Shown here: positions 48,181 to 58,237 of the stretch, piece by piece
How the letters are laid out: the number at the start of each line of letters is the position of its first letter
How positions within the stretch are numbered: the stretch's first letter is position 1
Assembly (NCBI GenBank): GCA_052033375.1
Contig: JBPOJQ010000006.1
Location: 24,791-88,790, forward strand
DNA from: Candidatus Magasanikiibacteriota bacterium
GTDB lineage: Bacteria; Patescibacteriota; Patescibacteriia; Magasanikbacterales; UBA922
Reading direction: 5' to 3'
Length of the DNA: 64,000 bases
Notes under the pieces: model-generated
What the model was told of the DNA's origin: nothing
Databases searched by the model: none
Seen by the model: the letters and a program-made list of their open reading frames with translations, nothing else
Made by a program: the position numbers and the translations under genes

Positions 48181-49122
48181 ATGCCTGTCTATCTCTCAAT
48201 TATTATATTGATCGCGTTGTTTGGTCTTTTGGGATTTTCTGCAAACATTGTAGTCGATAATATAAAAAAAATTACACACAAACTCGGTGTGCCTATTTTC
48301 CTATTGGGACTAATTCTCGGATTACTCACCTCACTTCCCGAACTCTCGATTGCAATAAACGCAGCGATACGAGGAGTCGAGGATGTGTCAGTCGGAAATC
48401 TGCTTGGAGGAATTACAGTATTATTGGGATTAATTCTCGGATTGAATCTAGTACTCAACCGCAAAGTAAAGACCGATGGAAAAATAACGACACCACTCCC
48501 CGGTTTTTTACTCCTCATACTTCCTCTTATCATGGGATTAGACGGAACACTTGGCATCGGTGATGGAATTATTCTCTGCATCGGATATATCGCCGTACTC
48601 ATACACTTTTACAAACAAAATCACTATACTGCCGACCACCCTCATCCAGAAATCACAAAATACAACAAAAAAATAGCAAAAGAAATTGTCCTGATCGTCG
48701 GTGGATCGCTCGTCATCGTCGGTAGTTCAAATATCATGATACGCATCACAACCGATCTACTAAACCAATTCAACATATCGGGATTTTTGGTCGGGTTGAT
48801 GATTTTTTCTCTGGGAACCAATTTGCCAGAACTGACAGTTACCATCACTTCATGGAGAAAAAAAGTAAAAGAAGTAGCATTCAGTCATCTACTCGGTTCA
48901 GCGATTGCAAATCCGCTCATACTCGGTAGCATCGCATTACTTAGTCCCATATCCATCACCGTAGATCGATCATTCATGCTTATTCTGTATTTCTTCCCAA
49001 TTCTATTTATCATGCTGTTATACTTTTATCACTCACACAAAAATTTAAGCCGTGTTGAAGGCGTATTTTTGCTTCTCATGTTCATTACTTTTGGATACCT
49101 GCAAATGTACCTGTTGTATTGA
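48181..49122 (+). CDS. CaCA-family cation/Ca2+ antiporter (YrbG-like)
   Basis: Two alpha-repeats with GxSxPEL-type motifs (LTSLPELSIAI and GTNLPELTVTI). Multiple TM helices. Confidence 0.7.
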   Translation: MPVYLSIIILIALFGLLGFSANIVVDNIKKITHKLGVPIFLLGLILGLLTSLPELSIAINAAIRGVEDVSVGNLLGGITVLLGLILGLNLVLNRKVKTDGKITTPLPGFLLLILPLIMGLDGTLGIGDGIILCIGYIAVLIHFYKQNHYTADHPHPEITKYNKKIAKEIVLIVGGSLVIVGSSNIMIRITTDLLNQFNISGFLVGLMIFSLGTNLPELTVTITSWRKKVKEVAFSHLLGSAIANPLILGSIALLSPISITVDRSFMLILYFFPILFIMLLYFYHSHKNLSRVEGVFLLLMFITFGYLQMYLLY

Positions 49123-49416
49123 CAATACGCTTCTTACAAATACACACACCCAAAATGTCAGTAAAAACAGGTGTGGTGACAACTATCGACTACTCAGAGA
49201 TACGACAGAGAGTCAAAAAAACAAATACCCATTCGGAAGCTTCCAAAATGGGTATTATGTTATTTGAGTATCCTATACGCATCACAATCACAAGCATGTA
49301 ACTGCGATACAAAAGTGAATTAAGTGTATCATGCGATAAAATAAAACGTCAAAATTGGCTAACTGCTTTATTTTTTTGCCAATAAGTGATAACATATCCA
49401 CAAGTCACATACACCT

Positions 49417-50271
49417 ATGAAAGCTACACTCATTGACGGTAAACAACTCTCAGAAAAAATTCTTAGTTCTCTTAGAATTGAGATTACAAAACTCAAAACA
49501 CACGGAATCATACCAAAGTTGGCTATTGTGCACGTCGGCGACCATCAGCCTTCAAAAACCTATATCCGAAGAAAAGAAGAAGCGGCTAGATCAATCGGTA
49601 TCGATTTTGAATTGCATTCATATCCAGCGGATATTTCAAAAGAGGCCATCATCGGATATATCAAAAAAATTCAAAAAGATACAAAATTATCAGGCCTCAT
49701 CGTACAATTACCACTACCTGAGCCACTCGATACGGCCGACGTATTGAATGCAATAGATCCTGAACTTGATGTGGACTGTCTGACGGATACACAAATGGGG
49801 AAACTTGTGATGAATACACATACTATCGCTCCCCCGACTCCAGGAGCAGTATGCGAAATACTAGACATGCTGAATATAGACGTGCAAGGGAAGCACATCG
49901 TAATTGTCGGTGCAGGAGCACTCGTCGGAAAACCACTTTCAATCATGCTTCTCAATAAACTCGCGACAGTGACGATCTGCAATTCTCATACAAAAAATAT
50001 AAAATCAATTACCAAAAAAGCAGATATTCTTGTATCCGCGGCGGGGAAAAAAGACTTGATTACCAAATCTCACATAAAAAAAGGGTGCGTGGTGATTGAT
50101 ACGGGCATTGTGTTTGAAAATAAAAAAATGTATGGGGATGTTGATTTTAAAAAAGTCTCAAAGAAAGCATCCTACATCACTCCAGTGCCTGGAGGAGTAG
50201 GCCCAATTACTGTTGCATTACTTTTAAAAAATACAGTGACGCAAGCGAAAAGATTGAAAATTAAAAAATAA
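49417..50271 (+). CDS. folD: bifunctional 5,10-methylene-tetrahydrofolate dehydrogenase/cyclohydrolase
   Basis: KLAIVHVGDHQPSKTYIRRK ... VIVGAGALVGKPL ... TPVPGGVGPIT. Confidence 0.9.
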   Translation: MKATLIDGKQLSEKILSSLRIEITKLKTHGIIPKLAIVHVGDHQPSKTYIRRKEEAARSIGIDFELHSYPADISKEAIIGYIKKIQKDTKLSGLIVQLPLPEPLDTADVLNAIDPELDVDCLTDTQMGKLVMNTHTIAPPTPGAVCEILDMLNIDVQGKHIVIVGAGALVGKPLSIMLLNKLATVTICNSHTKNIKSITKKADILVSAAGKKDLITKSHIKKGCVVIDTGIVFENKKMYGDVDFKKVSKKASYITPVPGGVGPITVALLLKNTVTQAKRLKIKK

Positions 50272-50287
50272 AGATTGAAAATTAAAA

Positions 50288-50311
50288 AATACTCGATACC
50301 GAGTATTTTTA
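50288..50311 (+). terminator. intrinsic terminator after folD
   Basis: ATACTCG-atacc-GAGTAT + T-run. Confidence 0.55.
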
Positions 50312-50329
50312 TATAGTATTCCCCAATCC

Positions 50330-51367
50330 TTATTCCACAATCTTCGGTCGTAATTCTTTCAGAATATCTTCCAACTCCTCAAAACTTTCCACTTTCATCA
50401 ATTTCATCCGCAAATCTTTCGCTCCGTCCATTCTCTCCCCCATTCGTTCATTTTTGAAATACCACGCGAGATGTTTACGAAATGTAGGCATCGATCGTTT
50501 CTGAATTTCTTCTGGAGTAATACCATCAGCCTTGTTTTTCTTTCCCATCGCCCGGATACGTGACTGATACATCATATGGAGTTGTGCATGCTCCAATACC
50601 ACTCTCACTCGCTCAACCAGTGATACAGAAAAATCTGGATGCATATATTCTTTGAAAAACCATGGATTCCCGAGCGCCCCCCGAGCAATCAATACCCCAT
50701 CAGCGCCAGTAATCTCTAGAGCTTCATCGACCTGTCGTGGTTTGTGTATATCTCCATTTGCAAGTAGTGGAACAGTCGCGATTTTTTTTGCTTCAGCAAT
50801 TCTACCCCAATCAGAAACCCCAGTGTACCCCTGCTCTTTGGTACGACCATGTACCGTAATCAATTGTGCACCAGCTTCTTCGATTGCAGGAATGAAATAT
50901 TTGAAATCATCAGGTGAAGACCAGCCGAGACGAATTTTTATGGATACAGGAGTTGCACCAATTGCACGTTTAATTTCCCGAATGATATCTTGGGCAAGCT
51001 TTGGGTCTTTCATGAGGGCACAGCCATTAAAATTACTTGTAATTTTGTATACTGGACAACCCATATTGATATCAATACCTTCGGGGCCTGCATGCTCCAT
51101 CACAATCGCTGCTGCACGAGCCATCGTGAGTGGGTCTGAGCCAAAAATCTGCTGCACAATAGGGCGCTCTGCATCGACAAAATCAGTCATACCGAGAGTT
51201 TTTTCATTATCACGAACAATAGCTTCCGCAGAAACCATTTCACGAAACACGACATCTGCCCCGCCGATACTTCTCACAATTTGACAAAAGGCCGAATCAG
51301 TCATGTCAGCCATTGGTGAAAGCGCGAGAATTTTTTTATTTTTTTTCAAAATATTTGTAATCCACAT
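50330..51367 (-). CDS. tRNA-dihydrouridine synthase (Dus family)
   Basis: LSPMADMTDSAF ... NMGCP ... TIM-barrel FMN motifs. The start is taken at MWITN; the in-frame extension to 51460 lies in GC-rich foreign-looking DNA. Confidence 0.85.
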   Translation of the reverse strand: MWITNILKKNKKILALSPMADMTDSAFCQIVRSIGGADVVFREMVSAEAIVRDNEKTLGMTDFVDAERPIVQQIFGSDPLTMARAAAIVMEHAGPEGIDINMGCPVYKITSNFNGCALMKDPKLAQDIIREIKRAIGATPVSIKIRLGWSSPDDFKYFIPAIEEAGAQLITVHGRTKEQGYTGVSDWGRIAEAKKIATVPLLANGDIHKPRQVDEALEITGADGVLIARGALGNPWFFKEYMHPDFSVSLVERVRVVLEHAQLHMMYQSRIRAMGKKNKADGITPEEIQKRSMPTFRKHLAWYFKNERMGERMDGAKDLRMKLMKVESFEELEDILKELRPKIVE

Positions 51368-51473
51368 AGAGATAATATGCAGTGGGTGTTGGAAAGACGC
51401 GTACGGTCCCCCCGAGACACCCACCACTCTGACATGTACCGCACTACTCCACGCGCTCATCAGCGCGAGAATA

Positions 51474-51608
51474 CTACGGAGAATCGTTAATCAACAGCGT
51501 ATACAGGAGTACGACTTCTGCAACGCGGTCGATGAGCCGGACCAACACAGCGCAGGGTCCGCCACGGAGTTGCTGACTCAGGGCGACCAGCGCTTCGATG
51601 AACGACAT
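51474..51608 (-). CDS. hypothetical 44-aa ORF in GC-rich island
   Basis: RBS AGGGGG 6 nt upstream of the ATG. Very weak call. Confidence 0.2.
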   Translation of the reverse strand: MSFIEALVALSQQLRGGPCAVLVRLIDRVAEVVLLYTLLINDSP

Positions 51609-51621
51609 GAGAACCCCCTTG

Positions 51622-51867
51622 TTACAGAACCACTTCCATGAAGAGTCCTTCGACCATCTCGACGACCTCCGCCCAGAACTGGACGAGGCTCTCGACGAGA
51701 TTCGCCAGGAATTTCGGATGAGTGACATCCGATTTCAGGCGACCGAGGTCGACACCGAGCTGACCGATGATGGTCGCACCCGCACGAAGCAGGCAGACCG
51801 GGATCTCGGAGAGAGCCGCGATCATGCGATCAGTCGTGTCCATATCTTCCACCGCTCCAATTGCCAT
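51622..51867 (-). CDS. hypothetical 81-aa protein in GC-rich island
   Basis: GGAG about 9 nt upstream of the ATG (MAIGAVEDMD...). Composition is foreign to the host. Confidence 0.3.
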   Translation of the reverse strand: MAIGAVEDMDTTDRMIAALSEIPVCLLRAGATIIGQLGVDLGRLKSDVTHPKFLANLVESLVQFWAEVVEMVEGLFMEVVL

Positions 51868-52018
51868 GTTTTTCACTCCTCTCACCAAGACTTATTTCTT
51901 GCTTGGTTTGCATCTATAAAGAAAAATTCTTTGCAGATGTAAACCAAATATACCTTGATTGCCCGGGGTGCGCCTTTTGCTAAGCACATGCCCCGGACAA
52001 TCGTTTCACCCCCTTGCA

Positions 52019-52372
52019 TCACGCAAGAACCTTCCCAGCACTCTTGCGAATGAATGCTCCAGGATTGACCACCCTCTCCTCGAGCTCAAGCGTGAGTTGC
52101 ACGTACTTGATCAGGGCATCAGCCTGAACAGCCGTCGACGCGATGATCTGTTCCCCGACGGGTGGATCCAATATGATGAGGGATCGGCCGTCAGCCATGA
52201 TCTTGAAGTTCACGGTGTAGATCTGGCCTGCAGGAGACCTGTACTCATACACCGTAGTAATCGGATCTTGCGGACGCTTTTGCGGCACCTCTGTTGAAGA
52301 AATGCGTTTACCAGGAGACCTGAACAGCTTCCCCAGCTGTTCACCGTACACATTCACCATCTCTGATTTCAT
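52019..52372 (-). CDS. hypothetical 117-aa protein in GC-rich island
   Basis: RBS AAGAGG 4 nt upstream of the ATG (MKSEMVNVYGEQL...). No family recognised. Confidence 0.35.
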   Translation of the reverse strand: MKSEMVNVYGEQLGKLFRSPGKRISSTEVPQKRPQDPITTVYEYRSPAGQIYTVNFKIMADGRSLIILDPPVGEQIIASTAVQADALIKYVQLTLELEERVVNPGAFIRKSAGKVLA

Positions 52373-52779
52373 AAAACCTCTTGGTTGCACAGGTTTTGTC
52401 TATGGGCTATCCACCTCTCGGTTCTAAGACCAAAAGACATAGGATAATATCCCATTTCCAGACTCTTTGTCAAGATTAGTGAAATTATCCACAGAATATC
52501 AAAAAAAGGCTATTTTAACAAGAATTACACTCATTTGACATCACGCGGACACTTGATACAATTCTATTGTCATTTACAATTCAACCATATTCTGTGGAAC
52601 TAGGGTGCAATTCCCTGACTGTGCCGCAACGGTATGTCCTAAGCTTGGCGAAGGATGAGAGTCCGATCTTCAGAATATGAGTTATCCCGAGCAGGAAGTA
52701 GAAACGCCATATTTTTGGATACCGGCGCATACCCACTTTTATTCCTTTCTCGAGGAATTTTTTTGTCTCAAAATTATCT

Positions 52780-53385
52780 ATGCGTCAAAAAGTACTCTAC
52801 TTTCTCATTACCATCCTCGGTACCGCAACACTCGTGAGCGGATACTCGTTAGTAGAAAGTCAAAAAGTCTTTAAAGTCGAAAGTAAAAAAAACAATTCAA
52901 TTGAACAACAGTACGACGACGATCAACAACCAACGATCAACGATTACAATACTAAAACAAATGCCGAAAAAATCACGGGTTACAAGTTACAGGATGAAAA
53001 ACAAAAGATATCTACTAACACCGCTACAAAACCAGACACTCCTACAACTACTGAAATAAACCAAGCAGAAATATTCAAAACAAAAGTAACACTCCAGATT
53101 AACGGAAAAAGCTTGTATATCCCCTATCAAGAAAACATGTCAGCAGAAAGTGCGATGAAAGATGCCTATTCACGATATCCCGAATCATTCTGGTATGAAA
53201 GTATCGAATACGGCGGAGATCTCGGCACATTTGTGAAATCAATCAATGGTATAGCAGAAAATTATAGAGAAAAAATGCACTGGATACTCTACGTCAACGA
53301 TAAAAAATCAAACAAAGGAATATCAAAACTCAAACTTAACCCAGACGACATAATCATGTGGAACTATGAAAAAGAAATACTCTAG
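52780..53385 (+). CDS. secreted DUF4430 domain protein
   Basis: Signal peptide. C-terminal ...GGDLGTFVKSINGIAENYREKMHWILYVNDKKSNKGISKLKLNPDDIIMWNY is the DUF4430 pattern. Confidence 0.65.
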   Translation: MRQKVLYFLITILGTATLVSGYSLVESQKVFKVESKKNNSIEQQYDDDQQPTINDYNTKTNAEKITGYKLQDEKQKISTNTATKPDTPTTTEINQAEIFKTKVTLQINGKSLYIPYQENMSAESAMKDAYSRYPESFWYESIEYGGDLGTFVKSINGIAENYREKMHWILYVNDKKSNKGISKLKLNPDDIIMWNYEKEIL

Positions 53386-55480
53386 CCTATTTATTATCCT
53401 TGCCCTATCTTTCTCAATAACCGTGTCGGTACATGCAGAAGATGCTGTTCCAGAAATTATACAACCAGAAGTAATTGATACCCCGACGAGCACACCCGAA
53501 GAAGTAACAGAAAATCAACCAGAAATTCCCGAAGAAACTGTTTCAACTTCAACAGAAGATATTGTACTAGAAATACCTCTCGACTTACCATCCACTACAG
53601 CAAAACTATACGCAGTTGCAAATGGCACAACACTATTCGACGATATAGTACATGTCACCGCATGCAAACCATATGAAGCGTCAGTTGAATACACGCTTAA
53701 TGCAAAATGTCTGATTGACCAGGCAGTTGGGCTGACGACAACCTGGAACTCATATGGAACCGATGCATTCCTCAACTCGGTCAATGAATATACCAATGAT
53801 TTTGCTACAAATAATTTCTGGGGATATTTTATTAATCTAGAATACGCATCAGTAGCATTGAACGCATACACACTAACGGAGGGAGATGAGATATTGATCC
53901 AATACAACACCATTCCACTCAAACTTGAAATATCCACCACCACTCCAGTAGTCGGAGATTCAGTCACTCTATCAATATCAGAATTTGGACTGGATGAATT
54001 CTGGAATCCAATCTGGCTTCCCAGCATGAGCTCTACATTTACTATCAATGAAGAAATAACTTTTGTATCAAGCTCAACAGTCGATCTACCTATAACAACA
54101 ACTTCGCCATATACGATTCGTGTTGAAAAAAATGGATACGTCACGCGGGAAATTACGCTCACTCCCGGCGCAGCACCAACACCAATAACTCCCCCAAGTT
54201 CTGGTGGTGGCGGAAGTGGTGGCACTAGTGTACAGAACACTAGTGGTGCAGAGGGTATGATTAATTTTCTTGACGCAAAACAAAATTCAAATGGTTCATT
54301 TGGTACTACCGCATTCTTGAGTGACTGGGCAGCTATTGCCTATGGTGCATGGACTGGTGACTCTCGTGGTGAGTCAAAACTTACCAATTATCTACTCACC
54401 AACCCAAACCCACTTGATGGCCCAAGCGAAACAACGAACTATGCACGACGCGCAATGGCATTGATGGCACTCGGCATAAATCCCTATACTGGCACACAAA
54501 CAAATTATATTAGTGAAATAATAAAAAAATTTGATGGAACACAATTTGGTGAGGCGGGATTAATCAATGATGATTTATTCGCACTCGCTCCCCTACTTCA
54601 TTCGGGATATTCAACGAACGACGCACTCATCGTAAGTACCACCAAATACATTATTGCAAACCAAGATACATACGGTTCATTCGGAAGTATCGACCTTACC
54701 GGAGCTGCAGTGCAGACACTTTCAGAGCTGTCATCTATAGAGGGAGTAAGCGAAGCTCTCACCAAAGCAAAAAATTATCTGACATTAGCACAACAAGCTG
54801 ACGGAGGATTTGGAAATGTATATGCAACTGGGTGGGTCATGCAAGGAATTGCAGCGCTTGGTGAAAATACTACAAATTGGAATAGTAATGGAAACACGCC
54901 AGTAACATATATTGAAAACAAGCAAGCTTCTGATGGTGGAATGCTCGTAGGAGATACTGATGCAAATAGAATCTGGGCAACATCATACGCGCTTCCTGGA
55001 GTATTAGGTAAACCATGGCACACTATTCTCACATCATTCAGTAAGCCTAATAGTAGTACAGGTTCCACAAGTAGTAGTAACACCACGGAATCGACATCGA
55101 GTACCACTACAACTACTTCAACGCCAACCATCATGACTACTCCGACCTCCACACCTACATCTACTACTACAACATCGACAACTACGACTGATAGTGTAAT
55201 TGAAGAACCAATACTGTACACTCACACCGAAGTAACTCAAGAAAACGCTCAAATTCCAACACAACCTAAACCAGTGAAAGCAGTAGTACTCGGTGAGAAA
55301 GAAGAAAATACTGAAATAGCCAATGAACCAATTATCGAGGAAAATATAGAAAACAGCGAGACTGAGGAAGTAAACAATGAAAGGAACGAAAATCTGCAGA
55401 CAAAAAAATACCTATTCATAACTTCGCTTATTATATTCCTCACTCTAATCGGGTACATGGCTTTCAAACATAAATCTTGA
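53366..55480 (+). CDS. cell-surface protein with prenyltransferase/terpene-cyclase-like alpha/alpha-toroid repeats, Thr/Ser-rich stalk and C-terminal TM anchor
   Basis: Signal peptide. Repeats of the type NGSFGTTAFLSDWAAIAYGAW and DGGFGNVYATGWVMQGIAALG. A low-complexity T/S-rich linker and a C-terminal hydrophobic helix. Confidence 0.6.
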   Translation: MKKKYSSLFIILALSFSITVSVHAEDAVPEIIQPEVIDTPTSTPEEVTENQPEIPEETVSTSTEDIVLEIPLDLPSTTAKLYAVANGTTLFDDIVHVTACKPYEASVEYTLNAKCLIDQAVGLTTTWNSYGTDAFLNSVNEYTNDFATNNFWGYFINLEYASVALNAYTLTEGDEILIQYNTIPLKLEISTTTPVVGDSVTLSISEFGLDEFWNPIWLPSMSSTFTINEEITFVSSSTVDLPITTTSPYTIRVEKNGYVTREITLTPGAAPTPITPPSSGGGGSGGTSVQNTSGAEGMINFLDAKQNSNGSFGTTAFLSDWAAIAYGAWTGDSRGESKLTNYLLTNPNPLDGPSETTNYARRAMALMALGINPYTGTQTNYISEIIKKFDGTQFGEAGLINDDLFALAPLLHSGYSTNDALIVSTTKYIIANQDTYGSFGSIDLTGAAVQTLSELSSIEGVSEALTKAKNYLTLAQQADGGFGNVYATGWVMQGIAALGENTTNWNSNGNTPVTYIENKQASDGGMLVGDTDANRIWATSYALPGVLGKPWHTILTSFSKPNSSTGSTSSSNTTESTSSTTTTTSTPTIMTTPTSTPTSTTTTSTTTTDSVIEEPILYTHTEVTQENAQIPTQPKPVKAVVLGEKEENTEIANEPIIEENIENSETEEVNNERNENLQTKKYLFITSLIIFLTLIGYMAFKHKS

Positions 55481-55565
55481 TATAATCCACAAGCTCACAG
55501 CACGCTGGATAACCATAATCGCAGTTAATCCTGGTAATCTGTGCTCCAATAACCTACACAAAAAT

Positions 55566-56102
55566 ATGAAAAAATACCTTATCCTAGTTATCGCCTTAGC
55601 AACATACGGTGTCCTAGCGCGTCTCATGCCCCATTCACCGAACTTTGTGCCAATTACCGCTCTCGCACTCGTAGGAGGGCTATATATGCCCCGCAAACTG
55701 GCATATATCGTGCCAATGGCTGCAATGCTCGTAAGTGACCTATTTATCGGCCTGTACCACCCACTAGTTATGGTCTCAGTATACGGGTGTCTCCTACTCA
55801 CCACCTACATGGGTACCTGGGCGAAAAAACATAAAAACTTCGGGACTATCGTTGGGATCACATTCGCAAGCTCAATGCTATTCTACTTCGCAACCAATAC
55901 CATGGTTTGGGCATTTGGAGCGCTCTACCCACGTACACTCACAGGACTTCTCGAAAGTTATACTCTTGCACTCCCCTTCTTTAGAAATAGTCTCTTGAGC
56001 GACTTCTTCTACACTGGAGTATTGGTCGGAGGAATTGAAGCTGTACGATTTTATAGTTCAAAACTAAAAACGCAAAATTCAAAACTGAAACTAGAAATAT
56101 AA
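55566..56102 (+). CDS. hypothetical integral membrane protein (about 5 TM; possible ECF-type substrate-capture component)
   Basis: 178 aa, hydrophobic. It is adjacent to the DUF4430 and surface-protein genes. Confidence 0.45.
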   Translation: MKKYLILVIALATYGVLARLMPHSPNFVPITALALVGGLYMPRKLAYIVPMAAMLVSDLFIGLYHPLVMVSVYGCLLLTTYMGTWAKKHKNFGTIVGITFASSMLFYFATNTMVWAFGALYPRTLTGLLESYTLALPFFRNSLLSDFFYTGVLVGGIEAVRFYSSKLKTQNSKLKLEI

Positions 56103-56114
56103 AACTCTTCATTA

Positions 56115-56140
56115 TGTCATTCCTGCGAAAGCAGGAATCC
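56115..56140. repeat. copy of the TGTCATTCCTG-CGAAA-GCAGGAATCC hairpin-repeat family
   Basis: 9-bp perfect stem. Same conserved flanks as the repeats at 8397-8482. Confidence 0.55.
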
Positions 56141-56150
56141 ACTACAAATT

Positions 56151-56178
56151 AAAAAACCCGGCCAATCCGGGGTTTTTT
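56151..56178 (+). terminator. intrinsic terminator (CCCGG-ccaat-CCGGG + T6)
   Basis: Seen in the sequence. Confidence 0.6.
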
Positions 56179-56368
56179 AATCCTCAATTACTTCGTAGTG
56201 GACAAAATAATATTCGGCTTCGGGGTTTTGTATATATATTCAGTATCTCATTTTCCCCGTCGGCCGCTTTTTTATACCACAGATACTTTTCACAATACAC
56301 AGATTCCACAATACACAAAAGCATCTCATACAACAAAGCGACCATCACAACACTATTTCGCGTTGTGT

Positions 56369-56725
56369 CTAGCGGACAAAAGAAGCCCGCCTTTGAAAGA
56401 ACATCTCATTGCACACAGGACACCGCCTCTCATGCGGGAGTCGGACGAACTCACTGACCCGGATCTCATTGATCCCGACAGACTTCCCACACACAGACGT
56501 CTGGTGCCTGCCGACGTATGCGAGCAGGTGGAAGATACTGATCTCCTGCCCATGGCACATGTCGTCATGGAGGAGCCGGACACAGCGGGGGCACCTCCCC
56601 ACGTCCGGGAGCTGAGCGAACTCACCCAGATCGACGATCGGATCACGATGCGTGGCCCTGCCACACGCATCGCCGAACATGTTGTAGATTCCCCGATGAA
56701 TCCACTGGTATTTCATGTGAATCAT
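56369..56725 (-). CDS. small HNH-endonuclease-like zinc-ribbon protein in GC-rich island
   Basis: Strong RBS AAGGAG-7-ATG. CPRC ... HDDMCHG ... N ... H ... CPVC, an arrangement consistent with an HNH motif bracketed by two CxxC pairs. Length is 118 aa. Confidence 0.4.
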   Translation of the reverse strand: MIHMKYQWIHRGIYNMFGDACGRATHRDPIVDLGEFAQLPDVGRCPRCVRLLHDDMCHGQEISIFHLLAYVGRHQTSVCGKSVGINEIRVSEFVRLPHERRCPVCNEMFFQRRASFVR

Positions 56726-57350
56726 CTCGATTCTCCTTGGCAGCCTCTGATGGCGGGATTGCCAGCTGCGCCAGATGTACATACTATACAGCCAGCGCAG
56801 TAGACAATAGTTGATAGATGAATCTACCAAAAAGACAAACAATTGTCAAGATCTAGGCATAAAGTATGAACTACCACCGGCTGAACGCCGGTGGTTTCGT
56901 TCTGCTGGCTACGCCAGCGCAAGCATTCGTGACTATATGAAGGTATGAGAGTCCAATGGGGGGGTTCGGGGGGGTGAAAACTGTCTGAGCTACGAGAGTA
57001 GAATCATACACTAATCTTAGTGAGGCGAGTTTTTTCACCCCCGAAAGTTTTTGGTACTTTTTGGTTACAAAAAGTACGGATAAGGTACTCCGTATTGCTT
57101 TCAAGCTAGATGGTCACCACAGTGTCTATTCTACTCTCCGAAGAAAAGCTAAACGCAATTCCAAGAGCTTCGCGTGTAAACGCACTCACCTGTCTGACGC
57201 TGGTGATTTTTAGGGTAAAAAAATTGAAGACCCTGTACTTGTGGTACAGGGTGCCAGTTAGACGCTAACTGGAAAACGTGTGGCAGGATTGCCGGATCAA
57301 GGACTAAGTTCCAAGGATCCAAAAGAACCCAAGGTTCAAAGTGAAAAGGA

Positions 57351-58004
57351 CTACTTGCGGGGCTGCACGAACACCCAGCGGCTGTCAGGGTCCCAGACGT
57401 AGTCGGGGTAGCCATTGCAGCAGTAGAGCCACAGACCGTCACCGCTGCGCTCGACGTAGAACACGTCCAGGTACCCGCCCGAGTCAGAGATCGGCTCCAT
57501 ACCAATGAGGAGCAACTTGCCCATGGGCTGATCCTTGTACTGCAGGCGCAGCTGGGGACCGACCTCAGCCGGGCAGCGTTCGAGACCGAGCTCGATCGCA
57601 CGCTTGTAGATTTCACGACGCGTGGCACCCTTCGCGAAGCCGAGTTCACCGACCGAGACATTGACCAGGTCGAGTTCGACCTCCTCGGTCGCCACCGTAA
57701 AGGCAGGATTCCCGAGGATATCGGTCGCAACTCCGCCGACCTTCCCGCCCGCCTTCACGATGGCCAGACGGAACTGACGAGCATTCTTCATGCCCGTGCC
57801 GAGCTTGATCGTCTTCCAGACTTTGAAGTCGGATTTTGACGGAGAGAGGCCGGACAGGAATTTCTTGAGCCCATTCGGGTTCTCGATCCAGCCCTGCATG
57901 ACATAGCAAGGCATGTCAGGAAGATTCTCCGCGATCCTCGCGATCAACTTTGCAGTCTGCTTATCCATGGCGGTTTTTCCTATTGGTTTTCGCCATTTAT
58001 CCAC
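57351..58004 (-). CDS. hypothetical protein, GC-rich (horizontally acquired-looking)
   Basis: 217 aa. Composition is strongly GC-shifted. No motif recognised. Confidence 0.4.
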   Translation of the reverse strand: MDKWRKPIGKTAMDKQTAKLIARIAENLPDMPCYVMQGWIENPNGLKKFLSGLSPSKSDFKVWKTIKLGTGMKNARQFRLAIVKAGGKVGGVATDILGNPAFTVATEEVELDLVNVSVGELGFAKGATRREIYKRAIELGLERCPAEVGPQLRLQYKDQPMGKLLLIGMEPISDSGGYLDVFYVERSGDGLWLYCCNGYPDYVWDPDSRWVFVQPRK

Positions 58005-58237
58005 GCTAGAGGTCTACCAAGGTTTGTGGTAGTCATAGCTAAAAGATACCGACCAGTCAGTACTTTTTAGTTATGACTACATATTAAAAAGAACTAATGC
58101 AAAATAATGACATAAAAATTCTATTTTGTCAACCCAATCAACCATGCCTATTATAAAATCCCCTCGACTAAGTCGGGGGAATTTTATTTTTACTTCTTAG
58201 CTCACTTAGTAAACGGTGATAACTTGGCCAACTACTT

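Noticed and set aside
51303-52297. Plus-strand ORFs 51303-51641, 51598-51942, 51959-52297
   Set aside because: No RBS. They overlap minus-strand ORFs that have RBSs. GC-rich composition produces long open frames in all phases.
54775-55221. 148-aa minus-strand ORF with VVVVD/VGVEV repeats
   Set aside because: It is an antisense reading of the Thr/Ser-rich low-complexity linker of the surface protein gene.
56198-56803. 201-aa plus-strand ORF
   Set aside because: Pro/Asp-rich, no RBS, and it overlaps the minus-strand HNH-like ORF that has a perfect AAGGAG-7-ATG start. It is judged a GC-rich-DNA artefact.
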